DNA from: Phycisphaerae bacterium
GTDB lineage: Bacteria; Planctomycetota; Phycisphaerae; UBA1845
Reading direction: 5' to 3'
Length of the DNA stretch: 64,000 nt
Assembly: GCA_963666835.2 (NCBI GenBank)
Contig: CAXXGO010000006.1
Coordinates: 128,001 to 192,000 of the forward strand
The notes under the pieces are model-generated. The model had not been told where the DNA came from and made no database searches. It saw only the letters and a list, made by a program, of their open reading frames with translations. Of this stretch, positions 9,950-20,335 are shown piece by piece (within the stretch, counting starts at the first letter, position 1; each line of letters starts with the position of its first letter). The translations under genes were made by a program, and so were the position numbers.

Positions 9950-11323
9950 GTGATTGACCAGGTTATTGCCCACATCGAGTCGAAGAAAGACGCCAACATC
10001 CAACGTATGATCGATCTGCTGCGGATCCCGAGTATCTCCACCGATTCCGAGCACAAGCCGGACATGGTCCGGGCCGCCGAGTGGGTCCGCGACTTCTTCG
10101 ATAAGGCGGGGATGGAATGCGAGATCATAAGCACGCCGGGGCACCCGGCCGTGCTGGCCGACAGCGGCCCTGTCGCCACCGGCGGCCCCACGGTGCTGAT
10201 CTATGGGCACTATGACGTGCAGCCTACTGGGGATGAATCGTTGTGGGACTCGCCGGCGTTCGAGCCTACGGTTCGCGACGGCGCGGTCTTTGCCCGCGGA
10301 TCCGCGGACGACAAGGGGCAGGTTCTGGCGCAGATGGTCGCCGCGGAAAGCTGGATGAAGGTGGCCGGCAAGCCGCCTATCAGGGTCAAGTTCCTCGTCG
10401 AAGGCGAAGAAGAGGTCGGATCGGCCAACTTGGAGGAGGTCATCCGCACGCACCGCGAACGCCTCGCCTGCGATTACGTCGCTCTCTCTGATACGCCGAA
10501 GTTCGACGCGCGGGTCCCGGCCATCACCTACGGTACGAAGGGCATGGTCTATAAGGAGATACTGATCTACGGGCCGAAACAGAATCTCCACAGCGGATCA
10601 TTCGGCGGAACGCTGGCCAACCCCGGGAACGTACTCGCGGCAATCATCAGCTCGCTCAAAAACGCCGACAACCGGGTGACCATTCCGGGCTACTACGACG
10701 ATGTCCGCGAGCTGACGGACCAGGAACGAACGAACATCAAAAACCTGCCGTTCGATGAAAAGGGATACCTCGCCGCGACGGGGGCGCCCGGGCTGCTGTG
10801 CGAGAAGGGCTTCAGTACCCTGGAAAGCCGCTGGGCTCGGCCGACCTTGGACGTCAACGGACTATTCGGCGGCTTCACTGGCGAGGGGGCGTCAACCGTA
10901 ATCCCGGCGAAGGTCATGGGGAAGGTGTCCATGCGTATCGTGCCGGATCAGGACCCCGAGAAGATCTCGGCCGCATTCGACCAGGCCGTCCGGGCCGCAA
11001 CCCCCGACTCGGTCAGGCTGGAGATCAAGACCCACGCAACTTGCCCGGCCTACGTGGGCAACCTCGATTCTCCCGGAATGAAGGCCGCGGCCGCGGCAAT
11101 GCAAGCGGGGTTTGGAGTGGCTCCTTTCTTCACCCGTGAGGGCGGTTCTTTGCCGATCCTGCCGCTGTTCAAGGAGGTCCTCGGGGCGGACTCCCTTATG
11201 ATGGGTTTCTGCCATCCGGACTGCAACGCACACGGCCCGAACGAGTTCTTCGGGCTGGACGACTTCCACAACGGAACCAAGACCGGGGCGCACTTTATGC
11301 GCCTGCTGGCGGATGGGAAGTAA
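9950..11323 (+). CDS. M20/M25/M40 family metallo-dipeptidase
   Basis: YGHYDVQP, ARGSADDKGQ, EGEEEVGS, LHSG, NAHGPNE motifs. Confidence 0.92.
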   Translation: MIDQVIAHIESKKDANIQRMIDLLRIPSISTDSEHKPDMVRAAEWVRDFFDKAGMECEIISTPGHPAVLADSGPVATGGPTVLIYGHYDVQPTGDESLWDSPAFEPTVRDGAVFARGSADDKGQVLAQMVAAESWMKVAGKPPIRVKFLVEGEEEVGSANLEEVIRTHRERLACDYVALSDTPKFDARVPAITYGTKGMVYKEILIYGPKQNLHSGSFGGTLANPGNVLAAIISSLKNADNRVTIPGYYDDVRELTDQERTNIKNLPFDEKGYLAATGAPGLLCEKGFSTLESRWARPTLDVNGLFGGFTGEGASTVIPAKVMGKVSMRIVPDQDPEKISAAFDQAVRAATPDSVRLEIKTHATCPAYVGNLDSPGMKAAAAAMQAGFGVAPFFTREGGSLPILPLFKEVLGADSLMMGFCHPDCNAHGPNEFFGLDDFHNGTKTGAHFMRLLADGK

Positions 11324-11543
11324 GGCCGGCAGTTCATTGGCACTGTCAATCTGCCACTCTCAATGCCGGAGTGCCGTTGCCGTGGTTTTCTTGCCGCGTC
11401 CGGTGGATTGAATGACCGATATCGGCAGGGTGGCGCTATGGGTGCGCCGAGGCCATTGCTTGCATTGCCTGCCTGCTCGCGAGTACGTTAGCAAGCGGCG
11501 GCCGACGAATCGTTTGGGCGTGCCCGGAGTAGAGGAGCCGATC

Positions 11544-12422
11544 ATGTTGCGTATGCGAGTTGCTACGATTGCCGTGTTGCTGTGCGGCGGGCTGGCCGGT
11601 TCGGCGCGGGCCGATATGTTCCGTGATATTGGCTATGGCTTGCTCTACGCCGGTTTCAACATCGAGGGCGATCGGAATTACGCCAGCGGCGGGGCGGATT
11701 TCCTCATCAACCGCCAGCTTCTGGGTAACACGATTGACTTCGGGCCGTCGGATCTGACTGTCGCCGGGCCCGTATCGTTGTCGGCGTCTTACGGCGGGCG
11801 GTTTCTCAGCACGTTCGACGTCTCGTTCCGCACGGCGTTGGACCGTTGGAGCGAAGCGGAACCGCTAACGTACGTGCTTAACTCCGACGTGGGTAATCAG
11901 ACGGCCCAGATCAGCGGGAGTCTGTATGTCGATGCCAATCTCTCCGTGAATGAACTGGGTTTTTATGACATAGACCTGACGTACTCGTCCCGGCAGGACG
12001 CGAACACGCGGGGACGTTTCGCCAACGAGAACGAAGACAACGACTTCGACGTGGGCCCGATCAACATCTCCGGCAATGTCTTCGCCGACGCTCTGGCACT
12101 GCTGACCGCTCCGCTTTTCGACGCAACCGGTACGGTCAACGTGTTCTCCGAATTCAGCGGGGCGTACAGCTTAGCCAGTTTAGCCCAGGACGACATCTCC
12201 GAAACGCTTCGCCAACTGGCCGAAGGCACCGCTTTGAGTGATTCCAGTATGATTGTTCCGGATAGTGCCAAATTAGCGTCACTATTGGCGGCGGAACAAG
12301 GCTCGGGCAACAGTGACGCCGCCCCGTCGCGGTTTGCGGATACGGTCGTGCCGGAGCCGGCCGTGTTGGTCCTGCTGCTGGCCGGCGCCCCGTTCGTATT
12401 CCGTCGGCGCTCGGCCCGCTGA
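11544..12422 (+). CDS. PEP-CTERM sorting domain protein
   Basis: Signal peptide ending SARA; C-terminal VPEPAVLVLLLAGAPFVFRRR; RBS GAGGAG before ATG 11544. Confidence 0.85.
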   Translation: MLRMRVATIAVLLCGGLAGSARADMFRDIGYGLLYAGFNIEGDRNYASGGADFLINRQLLGNTIDFGPSDLTVAGPVSLSASYGGRFLSTFDVSFRTALDRWSEAEPLTYVLNSDVGNQTAQISGSLYVDANLSVNELGFYDIDLTYSSRQDANTRGRFANENEDNDFDVGPINISGNVFADALALLTAPLFDATGTVNVFSEFSGAYSLASLAQDDISETLRQLAEGTALSDSSMIVPDSAKLASLLAAEQGSGNSDAAPSRFADTVVPEPAVLVLLLAGAPFVFRRRSAR

Positions 12423-12527
12423 GCTCTTCTGATCGCTTCTTCGGCAAAAGGGCCGGCCGCGCCTGCGAGTCGGCTACTCTCGCAAGCACGGCCGGAGCGA
12501 GCGAGCCATGTCTGGTGAGGCTTTTGC

Positions 12528-14735
12528 CTACGGCAGCTCCTCGATCCCGTGGGCTCCGCGTACGTAGGCGACGAAGTGCTTACCCCACGAGGGTATCCGG
12601 GCGTTGAACGGCGTGGGGTAGAAGCAGACGACTTCGGCCCGGTCCCACGGAGCGTATTCCTCCGGATGAGCGGCGTAGTAGGGATCGTTGATCTGCGCTC
12701 CGAGCTGCCAGGACAGCGCCGTGTCGTAGTCGTGATCTACCACCCACTTGCGCGACCGCTCCCCGGCCCGGGCCCAGCCGGCGGCCAGCGAAACCCACGG
12801 CATCACGCTGCTGATGCCGTGATCGTCGGCCTTGAGGCAGTTTCTCCGGAAGGATTCGACCATCGTGTTGACGTACCAGGGTAGATAGAAGTCCGTGCTG
12901 AAGTAATCCCCCATCTCGTTCAGCGTATAGAATCTCTCTTGGCACCACGTCGTATGGTCCTCGCACGGGATGATGGCTCCGCGCAGGTAACGTTCGATCC
13001 GGGCGTCCGGGAACAGCTCTCGAGCTATTGAGTATATTGCGTTGTGCTTGACATCAATCGCTTCGTTCCACTCCTGCCAGCCGTCGTCTCCTTCGCGCTT
13101 GGTGAAGAAACGCTCCGACTCGAGAATGATCGCCGAGATTTCGATCGAGGCTCCGTAGGCCTTGTTGGCATCGGCCACCCACTGTTTGAACTGCTCTGCG
13201 GTGGTCCGGAAGAACTCGATCTCCGCGTCGTGGTCCGGTCCCATGTCGGTGGGCGGGGCGTCTTCGGGAAAGACCATGTGCCAAGGGGAGAAGTTGAGCG
13301 CGATCGTCGCCGGGATATCCGGGTGCGTGTTGTTGACCTGCCGGCACGCCTCGACCGCGGTGTAGACGTCCGTTTCCTGAGGCCACCGGGTGCGCACGCT
13401 GCACGCGTTGGTAATCCGCACAAACTCGTACATCAGCGGATTGAGCGGTTGGCGATACAAGAACGGCTCGACCGCGTACGAGTAGTGGACTTTGGGAAGC
13501 GGATCCAGCTCCTGCAGCCAGGCCAGGACCTGCGCCTCCGTCGGATCCGCGCGGTCTTCGGTCACCGTGACGAAGACCTCGTCCGTGGCCGACACCTCCT
13601 CTTGAGTGACGACAAGCTGGAAACTAACGACGAGCGGCTCGAGTTCGATTTCGGGGGCGGTAAACGAGATCACCTCGGCGTACGGGTCGGCGACCGCAAC
13701 CGCAGGACCCCATGTTTGAGTCCAATGATAAGCCAGAGGGTCTGAGCCCGTTCCAAAGCTCTCTGCGGCGCTTAGAGTCACCGACGCACCACTCCGAACC
13801 GGCTGGTCCGGTCCCGCATCGGCCGTGACTACCGGCAGCGGCTCAACATTGTCGTCGCGCGGGTTGACCAGGATTTCCACCAGATCGCTGGCAACCAAGT
13901 CGTTTTGAGACACGTCCAACCGGAACACCAGCAGCACCGGCTCGTCAACTTCCTCGGGAGCCTCGAAGACCGGCATCGCACTGGAAGAGTCGTTTAGGTC
14001 TACGTCCGGACCGTCGGCCTGGGTCCACGCAAACACCAACACGCCATCCTCACTTCCGCCGCTCCCGGAGCCGTCGAGCACGACGTCATCACCGGCAACC
14101 ACGGACTGACGAGGGCCCGCTTCGGCAAATAACTGGTATGATGACGTACTGCTGTCACTAGGATCGTCATCCACAATGTCGATCGGATCCGCGGACGGCT
14201 CGTTGCTCGAATCCGACGTCGCGGGCGGCGGTGAAATGCTAATGGCCACGACACCCTGATCGTCGAAGCCAAGAGAAAGTGTCTGAGTCGCGGTGAGGAT
14301 CGAACCATCGTTCAGGTGGATCTTGAGAGTGATCTCGTAGTCACCGGCCCATTGATAAGTATGATTCGCCACCGGACCTTCGCCAACGCGGTCGTCTCCG
14401 AACTCCCAGGAGTACTTGACAATGTTGGCGGAATCCACGCCGGTTACCTGGGCATCCAGTTCTATCGAAAGCGGATTACAGCAGAACCCCGGACCCGCAC
14501 TGATCGCCACGTTCGGCGGGGTCTCATCGACGCCGGCAGGACCGATGATCGGATCCTCCCCGGCGGCCGCGGTGATGTTCTGGTTCAACGTCGGACGATC
14601 GGTTTGTCCGTCGTCGGATGGCGTTCCCCCGCAGCCGATCACCGCGGTAAGCCCTGGGGCGCAAAGCAAGCTCCAGACGCTCAATCGGTAACGCCGGCGC
14701 GCGTGGTATACGGGTGGCATCGTGTTCCGGCTCAT
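12528..14735 (-). CDS. Putative lipoprotein with PKD/REJ-like domains and an unassigned C-terminal domain
   Basis: Lipobox-like TAVIGC; PKD motif YSWEFGD..HTY; two AxAGPxQxV..WTQ modules. Confidence 0.75.
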   Translation of the reverse strand: MSRNTMPPVYHARRRYRLSVWSLLCAPGLTAVIGCGGTPSDDGQTDRPTLNQNITAAAGEDPIIGPAGVDETPPNVAISAGPGFCCNPLSIELDAQVTGVDSANIVKYSWEFGDDRVGEGPVANHTYQWAGDYEITLKIHLNDGSILTATQTLSLGFDDQGVVAISISPPPATSDSSNEPSADPIDIVDDDPSDSSTSSYQLFAEAGPRQSVVAGDDVVLDGSGSGGSEDGVLVFAWTQADGPDVDLNDSSSAMPVFEAPEEVDEPVLLVFRLDVSQNDLVASDLVEILVNPRDDNVEPLPVVTADAGPDQPVRSGASVTLSAAESFGTGSDPLAYHWTQTWGPAVAVADPYAEVISFTAPEIELEPLVVSFQLVVTQEEVSATDEVFVTVTEDRADPTEAQVLAWLQELDPLPKVHYSYAVEPFLYRQPLNPLMYEFVRITNACSVRTRWPQETDVYTAVEACRQVNNTHPDIPATIALNFSPWHMVFPEDAPPTDMGPDHDAEIEFFRTTAEQFKQWVADANKAYGASIEISAIILESERFFTKREGDDGWQEWNEAIDVKHNAIYSIARELFPDARIERYLRGAIIPCEDHTTWCQERFYTLNEMGDYFSTDFYLPWYVNTMVESFRRNCLKADDHGISSVMPWVSLAAGWARAGERSRKWVVDHDYDTALSWQLGAQINDPYYAAHPEEYAPWDRAEVVCFYPTPFNARIPSWGKHFVAYVRGAHGIEELP

Positions 14736-15248
14736 ACTTCAATCCCCCTCGAACAGGCAGTGTGTATCGTGGCAGGCGGACCCTGGCACCGACGGACACG
14801 TCGCTTCACTCGTGCGACGTTCCGTCCCCGGACCAGAACTTCCCTAGCGCAATGTCCGACCGCTTGCTTCGAGCGGTCGACGCGGTGGGAAACCGGCGGC
14901 AGAATTCCTACAGTTTACGTAGTTTCACTATACCACTCTACTTGACAGGGTAAGATACGCATGTGGGCCGGGCAACCAACGGCAGCCCCGGAACGGACGG
15001 CGAAGTCCAATACCTACACGGTCCCATTCTCTTGCGTGGAGGCGTTGCCGGTATTGGACGATCAGATATCGGAACGGCGCAGTCCGTCATCGCTGATCTG
15101 AGTCTGATATGTCCGGCGGCATCACCGGGAGTGATCTTGCTTGAACGAGTATCCTGCCCATACCATCAAGCGCGGCCTGTGTGGATGCGATGCAAATCAG
15201 TGCGTAAGAGCACCCCGTGCTTTCCACGGTGGTGGCCGCCTGGTCGGT

Positions 15249-17921
15249 ATGCGCAAGTCGGAGCCTGTAGTGAGGCGAAGCTGCACGCCATTGTGGTTCG
15301 TTCTGGGGCTGATCGCAGGGGTCTGCGCCCTGCCGGTCCGCGCCGAGGTCCTACTTGTACCCGAGCAATATCCGGTAATTCAGGCGGCTCTGGACGCGGC
15401 GGTGGATGGTGATGAGGTGGTGCTGGCGCCCGGTGCGTACTCCGGCCAGGGGAATCGTGATCTGGACGTAGCCGGCAAGAGCGTCGTTGTGCGTAGCCGG
15501 GACCCGTTCGATAACTTGGTTGTGGCCGCCACCGTGCTGGATTGCGAAGGTGATGCGGATGACCCCCATCGGGCCTTTGCCTTTCGTTGCGGAGAGAGCT
15601 GGGATACCCAGGTTATGGGACTCACCATAATAAACGGGTATGCACCGCCCGAGGCAATCGGAGGGCGGAACCGGCCGACGGGAGGGGCGATCGTGTGCGT
15701 TGGTAGCGATCCGACGATCTCCCGTTGCGTCCTCACGGGGAACGCGGCCGACAGAGGCGGGGCGATAGCCTGCTGGGATGGGGCGAGCCCGCTTATCACC
15801 GATTCGACCTTTGTAGACAACGCTGCGGCAATCGATGGTGGCGCGATCATCGCCCGTGACTCAAGCGCCGTTCTGCAGGATTGCGTGATTCGCTCGAGCG
15901 GGGGCGGCGGTGCGGCCGTTCATGTGGGGGGATCCGGAGCAGCGACGATTCACGGTTGTGTTTTCGACAACAACTCCGGAAGTGCCATCTTCTCGACCCA
16001 GGAGGCACCGCTTGTTTCAAACACCCGAGTAAGCGGGAATGAGACGGACGACGCCGGGGCCGTGCGTCTTATGGGCAGCAGCGCGGCGCTTAGAAACTGC
16101 CTTATTAACGGGAACGCCGGGGGAGGTCTTCGGATGTTTGGGGCCGAGCCGTCCCTGCTCGGGTGTACCGTCACCGGCAACACCGACGCGGAGACCGTCG
16201 ACGGTCCGGTGTGGATCGACACGCCTGACCAGCTCGCCAACGTCCCCGGCGGATCGAACGGTGTGTACGGTTTCGTCTGCGGTTACTGGCGTGACAAGCT
16301 GTGGGGATATCGCTTTCGCCGACTGGTCTCGTTCGACGGGGAGTCATTTGCGGACGGCGCGAACACGGTGCCGACGAATATCCCGCGGATCCCGTACTTC
16401 AACGACGCCGGCGCGTTCGTTTACTCCTATCGTGACGGTTTAGGGTATCTCGAAAAGTCCATCGACGGAGTTGAACCGTTCGAGATCAAGTTGCCCGGCG
16501 CGACATCGATCCACGCGCTCCCGCGTTCGCTCGTGTATTGCGGGCCTACCGATATGCATCCCGGCGGAGTCATGTTCTTCTTCGAGTACCCCGGTGCGAT
16601 ACCGTACCTTTATGCCAGCACCGACAACGGTGAGACCTGGACAACGCTCTTTCGTTGTGCCTACAAGTCGATTCGCCACTTCCATGGCGGCGTGTTTGCA
16701 CCAGGGCTCGGGGAGCATGAGGGGCGGCTTTACGTCCTCACCGGTGATGATAGCTACGAAAGCTCGATCCTGACGTGCGACGACATTGACGACTTGCTGG
16801 CCAACCCCCTTGTCTGGAAGCAGCGCTGGGGTCTGGATGTTGCCTACGATCATCTCCTGGACCCGGCGTATACCATTAACGACAACCTCGACGACGCCGG
16901 GCGTCCGACCACGCAGGACTTCCGGAGTGTAGACCTGTTGATCGCAAGTGACGGCTACGCCTACTGGGCGGTAGACTCGGCGCTTCCCAGCGGGCAGCAC
17001 GTCTTTCGCGTCAATCAGGAAACCAGAGCGGTCGAGAGAATCGGCACCGAAAACGTGATCGGGTCCGGCTGGATCTGGATGGAGACTTCCCAGGGCGAAG
17101 TGCTCTTCACCACCGGGTCGGAATCAACTGCGGGCCACCCCATGGCGGGTCATGACGCTTACGCTCATCTTTACGCGCTTACGGACGACCGGCGGGATTT
17201 CGTCGAGCTGCGGCGGTGGATCAGAACTGACAGCGCCGAGCCTTCCGGCGCCTTGCTGGCCGGGTACATGTCCGAGGCGTTCGGGCATCTTTGGGTGGGC
17301 GTGGCGGCCGGGAGTATCGAGTACGGCAGTTGGAACATGGTTGGGCGGATCGAATCGTACCCGGAACCGCGGGGCGCCGGCGTGCACGCCTTCGACAGCA
17401 CGTGGACCGCCCGGAACTCGATCTTCTGGGGCAACCACTGGGAAGGAGTGTCTCCCGAGGAGTCGCTGCAAACGGGCGGCGGTACGCCGGGAATCACGTA
17501 TAGTTGTATCGGCGGCTTGTCGCGATCCGGCGGGCGCCCGGCCAACATCAACGCCGATCCGCGCTTTGTCGACCCGGTCGGAGCAGACGGGCTCACCGGC
17601 ACGGACGACGATGACTTGCGCCTGCTTTCCGACTCGCCGTGTATCAACAAGGGAGACGGCGGCACGAACACCTTACCCGATGAGACCGATCTGGACGGCT
17701 TCCCGCGGATTCTGTGCGACCGGATCGACATGGGGGCTTATGAGTTCGGGATCGGTGACGAGAATTGTGACAGAGTTGTGTCTCTTAAGGACTTCACCTT
17801 CTGGGCCGAGTGCATGGACGGGCGGTGCGATTGCAGGGCCTTCGATTTCGACGCCGACGGGACAATAGACCTTCGCGACTTCGCCGGTTTCCAACAAGTG
17901 CTCGACACCCCCACCCCGTAA
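15249..17921 (+). CDS. Secreted right-handed beta-helix protein with inserted Asp-box (BNR) domain and dockerin-like C-terminus
   Basis: VPEQYPVIQAALDAA start, GGAI repeats, STDNGETW Asp-box, SPCINKG..RIDMGAYE, DFDADGTIDLRDFAGFQ. Confidence 0.75.
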   Translation: MRKSEPVVRRSCTPLWFVLGLIAGVCALPVRAEVLLVPEQYPVIQAALDAAVDGDEVVLAPGAYSGQGNRDLDVAGKSVVVRSRDPFDNLVVAATVLDCEGDADDPHRAFAFRCGESWDTQVMGLTIINGYAPPEAIGGRNRPTGGAIVCVGSDPTISRCVLTGNAADRGGAIACWDGASPLITDSTFVDNAAAIDGGAIIARDSSAVLQDCVIRSSGGGGAAVHVGGSGAATIHGCVFDNNSGSAIFSTQEAPLVSNTRVSGNETDDAGAVRLMGSSAALRNCLINGNAGGGLRMFGAEPSLLGCTVTGNTDAETVDGPVWIDTPDQLANVPGGSNGVYGFVCGYWRDKLWGYRFRRLVSFDGESFADGANTVPTNIPRIPYFNDAGAFVYSYRDGLGYLEKSIDGVEPFEIKLPGATSIHALPRSLVYCGPTDMHPGGVMFFFEYPGAIPYLYASTDNGETWTTLFRCAYKSIRHFHGGVFAPGLGEHEGRLYVLTGDDSYESSILTCDDIDDLLANPLVWKQRWGLDVAYDHLLDPAYTINDNLDDAGRPTTQDFRSVDLLIASDGYAYWAVDSALPSGQHVFRVNQETRAVERIGTENVIGSGWIWMETSQGEVLFTTGSESTAGHPMAGHDAYAHLYALTDDRRDFVELRRWIRTDSAEPSGALLAGYMSEAFGHLWVGVAAGSIEYGSWNMVGRIESYPEPRGAGVHAFDSTWTARNSIFWGNHWEGVSPEESLQTGGGTPGITYSCIGGLSRSGGRPANINADPRFVDPVGADGLTGTDDDDLRLLSDSPCINKGDGGTNTLPDETDLDGFPRILCDRIDMGAYEFGIGDENCDRVVSLKDFTFWAECMDGRCDCRAFDFDADGTIDLRDFAGFQQVLDTPTP

Positions 17922-18148
17922 CCCCGGCCGGCGGGTGCCCCATCCGCCCTGAGTTATATCGCAGCAAAGAAGAGGCACCGCATCCAGATGAAGTTGCGGC
18001 ATGCGCACCATACCCTGGGCGAAGGGTGGGGGACTGACCGGGTGGCTCACGTCCTCTTGTCTTTGCCATGCGTTTCGAACCTTCGCGGATCGTTCAAGGC
18101 CGTTTCCGCCGGACGTCAACGAGCCGATGATCAGCCGTCGACAAACGC

Positions 18149-18178
18149 GGCAGGTCTCGTACCTCGACGCGGCCCTAC
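18149..18178. repeat. REP family A copy
   Basis: ggcaggtctcgtacctcgacgcggccctac. Confidence 0.7.
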
Positions 18179-18292
18179 ATGGCCGCGGCACTGGCCTACG
18201 GATTGACGGGCGCGCTCCGGGACGGTAAGAACAGCCCCTCGACCGCGAAAGGGCGGGTGCCCGCGGGCGGTATTTGGGTGGGGAGATACACC

Positions 18293-19459
18293 ATGACTGA
18301 CTGCCGAGCTGAACGACTTTCAAAGCTGCCGCCGTATCTGTTCGTCGAAATCGACCGGAAGAAGAAGGCGGCCATCGCTGCCGGACGCGACATTATCGAC
18401 TTCGGAGTGGGCGATCCCGACTGGCCGACGCCGCAGTTCATCGTCGACCGGATGGCCGAGGCGATCCGAGACCCGGCGAACCATCCCTACGCCTTCGGCA
18501 TCGGCTTGCCCGAGTTCCGCCGGACCGTGGTCGAGTACTTCCAGAAGCGCTTTGGGGTCGCCCTGGACGCTGATAAGGAAGTCGTTGCACTCCTGGGTTC
18601 CAAGGAGGGGATCGGCCACCTGCCGATCGGCGTGGTAAACCCCGGAGATGTAGTGCTTTGCCCGGAACCGGGCTATCCGGTTTACATCAGCGGGACCATC
18701 CTGGCCGGTGGGGAGCCGTATTCCATGCCCCTGCGCGAAGAAAACGGCTGGCTGCCGGCGCTGAACGAGATCCCGGCGGAGGTATGCCGTCGCGCCCGGC
18801 TGATGCATCTGAACTACCCGAACAACCCGACAGCGGCGACCGCACCGATGTCGTTTTTCGAGGAGGCCGTCACGTTTGCCCGCAAGCACGACATCATCCT
18901 CGCCCAGGACGCCCCCTACGTGGAGCTCTACTTCGGCGATAAGCCGGCCAGCATTCTGCAGGTGGATGGGGCGCGGGATGTCGCTATCGAGTTCCATTCG
19001 TTTTCCAAGACCTTCACCATGACCGGTTGGCGTCTGGCGTTTGCGGTTGGTAATCCGCAAGTGCTGGCCGCCCTCGCCAAGGTCAAGAGTAATCTCGACT
19101 CCGGCGTGTTCATGGCCGTGCAGCAGGCGGGCATCGCGGCTCTGCGCGGCATCGACCGCCCCGAGATTCGCGACCAGATGGAGACCTATCGGTGCCGGCG
19201 CGATCTGCTGATTGGTGGGCTGCGAGAGGCCGGCTGGCCGGTGACTTCGCCGGAGGCGACCTTCTATGTCTGGGCGAAGTGCCCGAACGGGGCGGATTCG
19301 ATGACCGTCGCGGCGAGAATCCTTGATGAAGCCGACGCAGTTGTGGTCCCCGGCGCCGGCTTGGGGGCGACCGGTGAGGGGTTCGTGCGGTTCTCGCTGA
19401 CGGTGAATGAAGAACGGACCCGCGAGGCGCTGGCGCGTATCGCCCGGATCACCTGGTGA
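18293..19459 (+). CDS. dapL: LL-diaminopimelate aminotransferase (class I/II PLP enzyme)
   Basis: LPPYLF, GVGDPD, GSKEGIGH, NYPNNPT, SFSKTFTMTGWR, KSNLDSG; RBS GGGAGA before ATG 18293. Confidence 0.8.
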   Translation: MTDCRAERLSKLPPYLFVEIDRKKKAAIAAGRDIIDFGVGDPDWPTPQFIVDRMAEAIRDPANHPYAFGIGLPEFRRTVVEYFQKRFGVALDADKEVVALLGSKEGIGHLPIGVVNPGDVVLCPEPGYPVYISGTILAGGEPYSMPLREENGWLPALNEIPAEVCRRARLMHLNYPNNPTAATAPMSFFEEAVTFARKHDIILAQDAPYVELYFGDKPASILQVDGARDVAIEFHSFSKTFTMTGWRLAFAVGNPQVLAALAKVKSNLDSGVFMAVQQAGIAALRGIDRPEIRDQMETYRCRRDLLIGGLREAGWPVTSPEATFYVWAKCPNGADSMTVAARILDEADAVVVPGAGLGATGEGFVRFSLTVNEERTREALARIARITW

Positions 19460-20004
19460 TGGACCCGGGCGGGCCTGCTATCGCCTATCTGGGCCTTGGC
19501 TCGAACCTCGGAGACCGGCGGGCGAATCTGATTGCCGCTATTGAGGCACTTCAGAAGTCCCCGGAGATCGACGTAGATCTCAGTGCCGGAGTTGCGGCAT
19601 TATTTGAGACCGACCCGGTCGGCGGCCCGCCGAATCAACCGACGTATCTGAACTCGGCCGTGCGCGTAGCGACGGCTTTGACTCCGCGCGGATTGCTGGC
19701 CGCGGTTCTCGATATCGAAGCGGGTCTGGGTCGCACCCGCGAGCAACGCTGGGAAGCGCGGGTCATCGACATAGATCTGCTGCTATATGGAGATGTCGAA
19801 CACCACGATGCCGTTTTGACTGTCCCCCATCCGCGGCTGGCGACGCGGCGGTTCGTATTGGCCCCGCTTTGTGAAATCGCCGGGAGCGTGGTGCATCCCG
19901 TTCTGCATTCCACGATCGCCGAACTGGCCTGCAGACCAGATCAGCAACCTTCGGGCGATGCCGTGACCAAAGTGGCAGGACCCGATTGGCCCGTAGCCCG
20001 GTAG
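19456..20004 (+). CDS. folK: 2-amino-4-hydroxy-6-hydroxymethyldihydropteridine diphosphokinase
   Basis: YLGLGSNLGDR, RVIDIDLLLY, LTVPHPR, RRFVLAPL; overlaps the dapL stop. Confidence 0.95.
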   Translation: MMDPGGPAIAYLGLGSNLGDRRANLIAAIEALQKSPEIDVDLSAGVAALFETDPVGGPPNQPTYLNSAVRVATALTPRGLLAAVLDIEAGLGRTREQRWEARVIDIDLLLYGDVEHHDAVLTVPHPRLATRRFVLAPLCEIAGSVVHPVLHSTIAELACRPDQQPSGDAVTKVAGPDWPVAR

Positions 20005-20160
20005 GGCCACTCCGTCGCCGAGTTCGGGCACAGCCTCAAACGGCCGGGAGACTCGGAGAGTTCTGACAACTTCGGCCACTGAGCTACGAATACCCGATGA
20101 ATACCGGGGGGACAGTCACCGGTTTTCTGCCCGGGCTTGCGAAGCTCACGTCAAATCGAT

Positions 20161-20256
20161 GGCAGGTCTCGTGTCTCGACCGTGCCCTACGCCGATGCCA
20201 CCGTACCCATTGAGCCGGAATCGGGCGGCGATCTGCAGGCAGGATGCCTGCGCTAC
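20161..20256. repeat. REP family A (20161-20190) and family B (20234-20256) copies between convergent genes
   Basis: ggcaggtctcgtgtctcgaccgtgccctac; tgcaggcaggatgcctgcgctac. Confidence 0.7.
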
Positions 20257-20335
20257 GTGCATAGCTGGTCTACACGATTCTGCAGACAGGATGTGCATGC
20301 AACACCTGCCGGGCCTCCATCGCCGTGTGGCGCGG

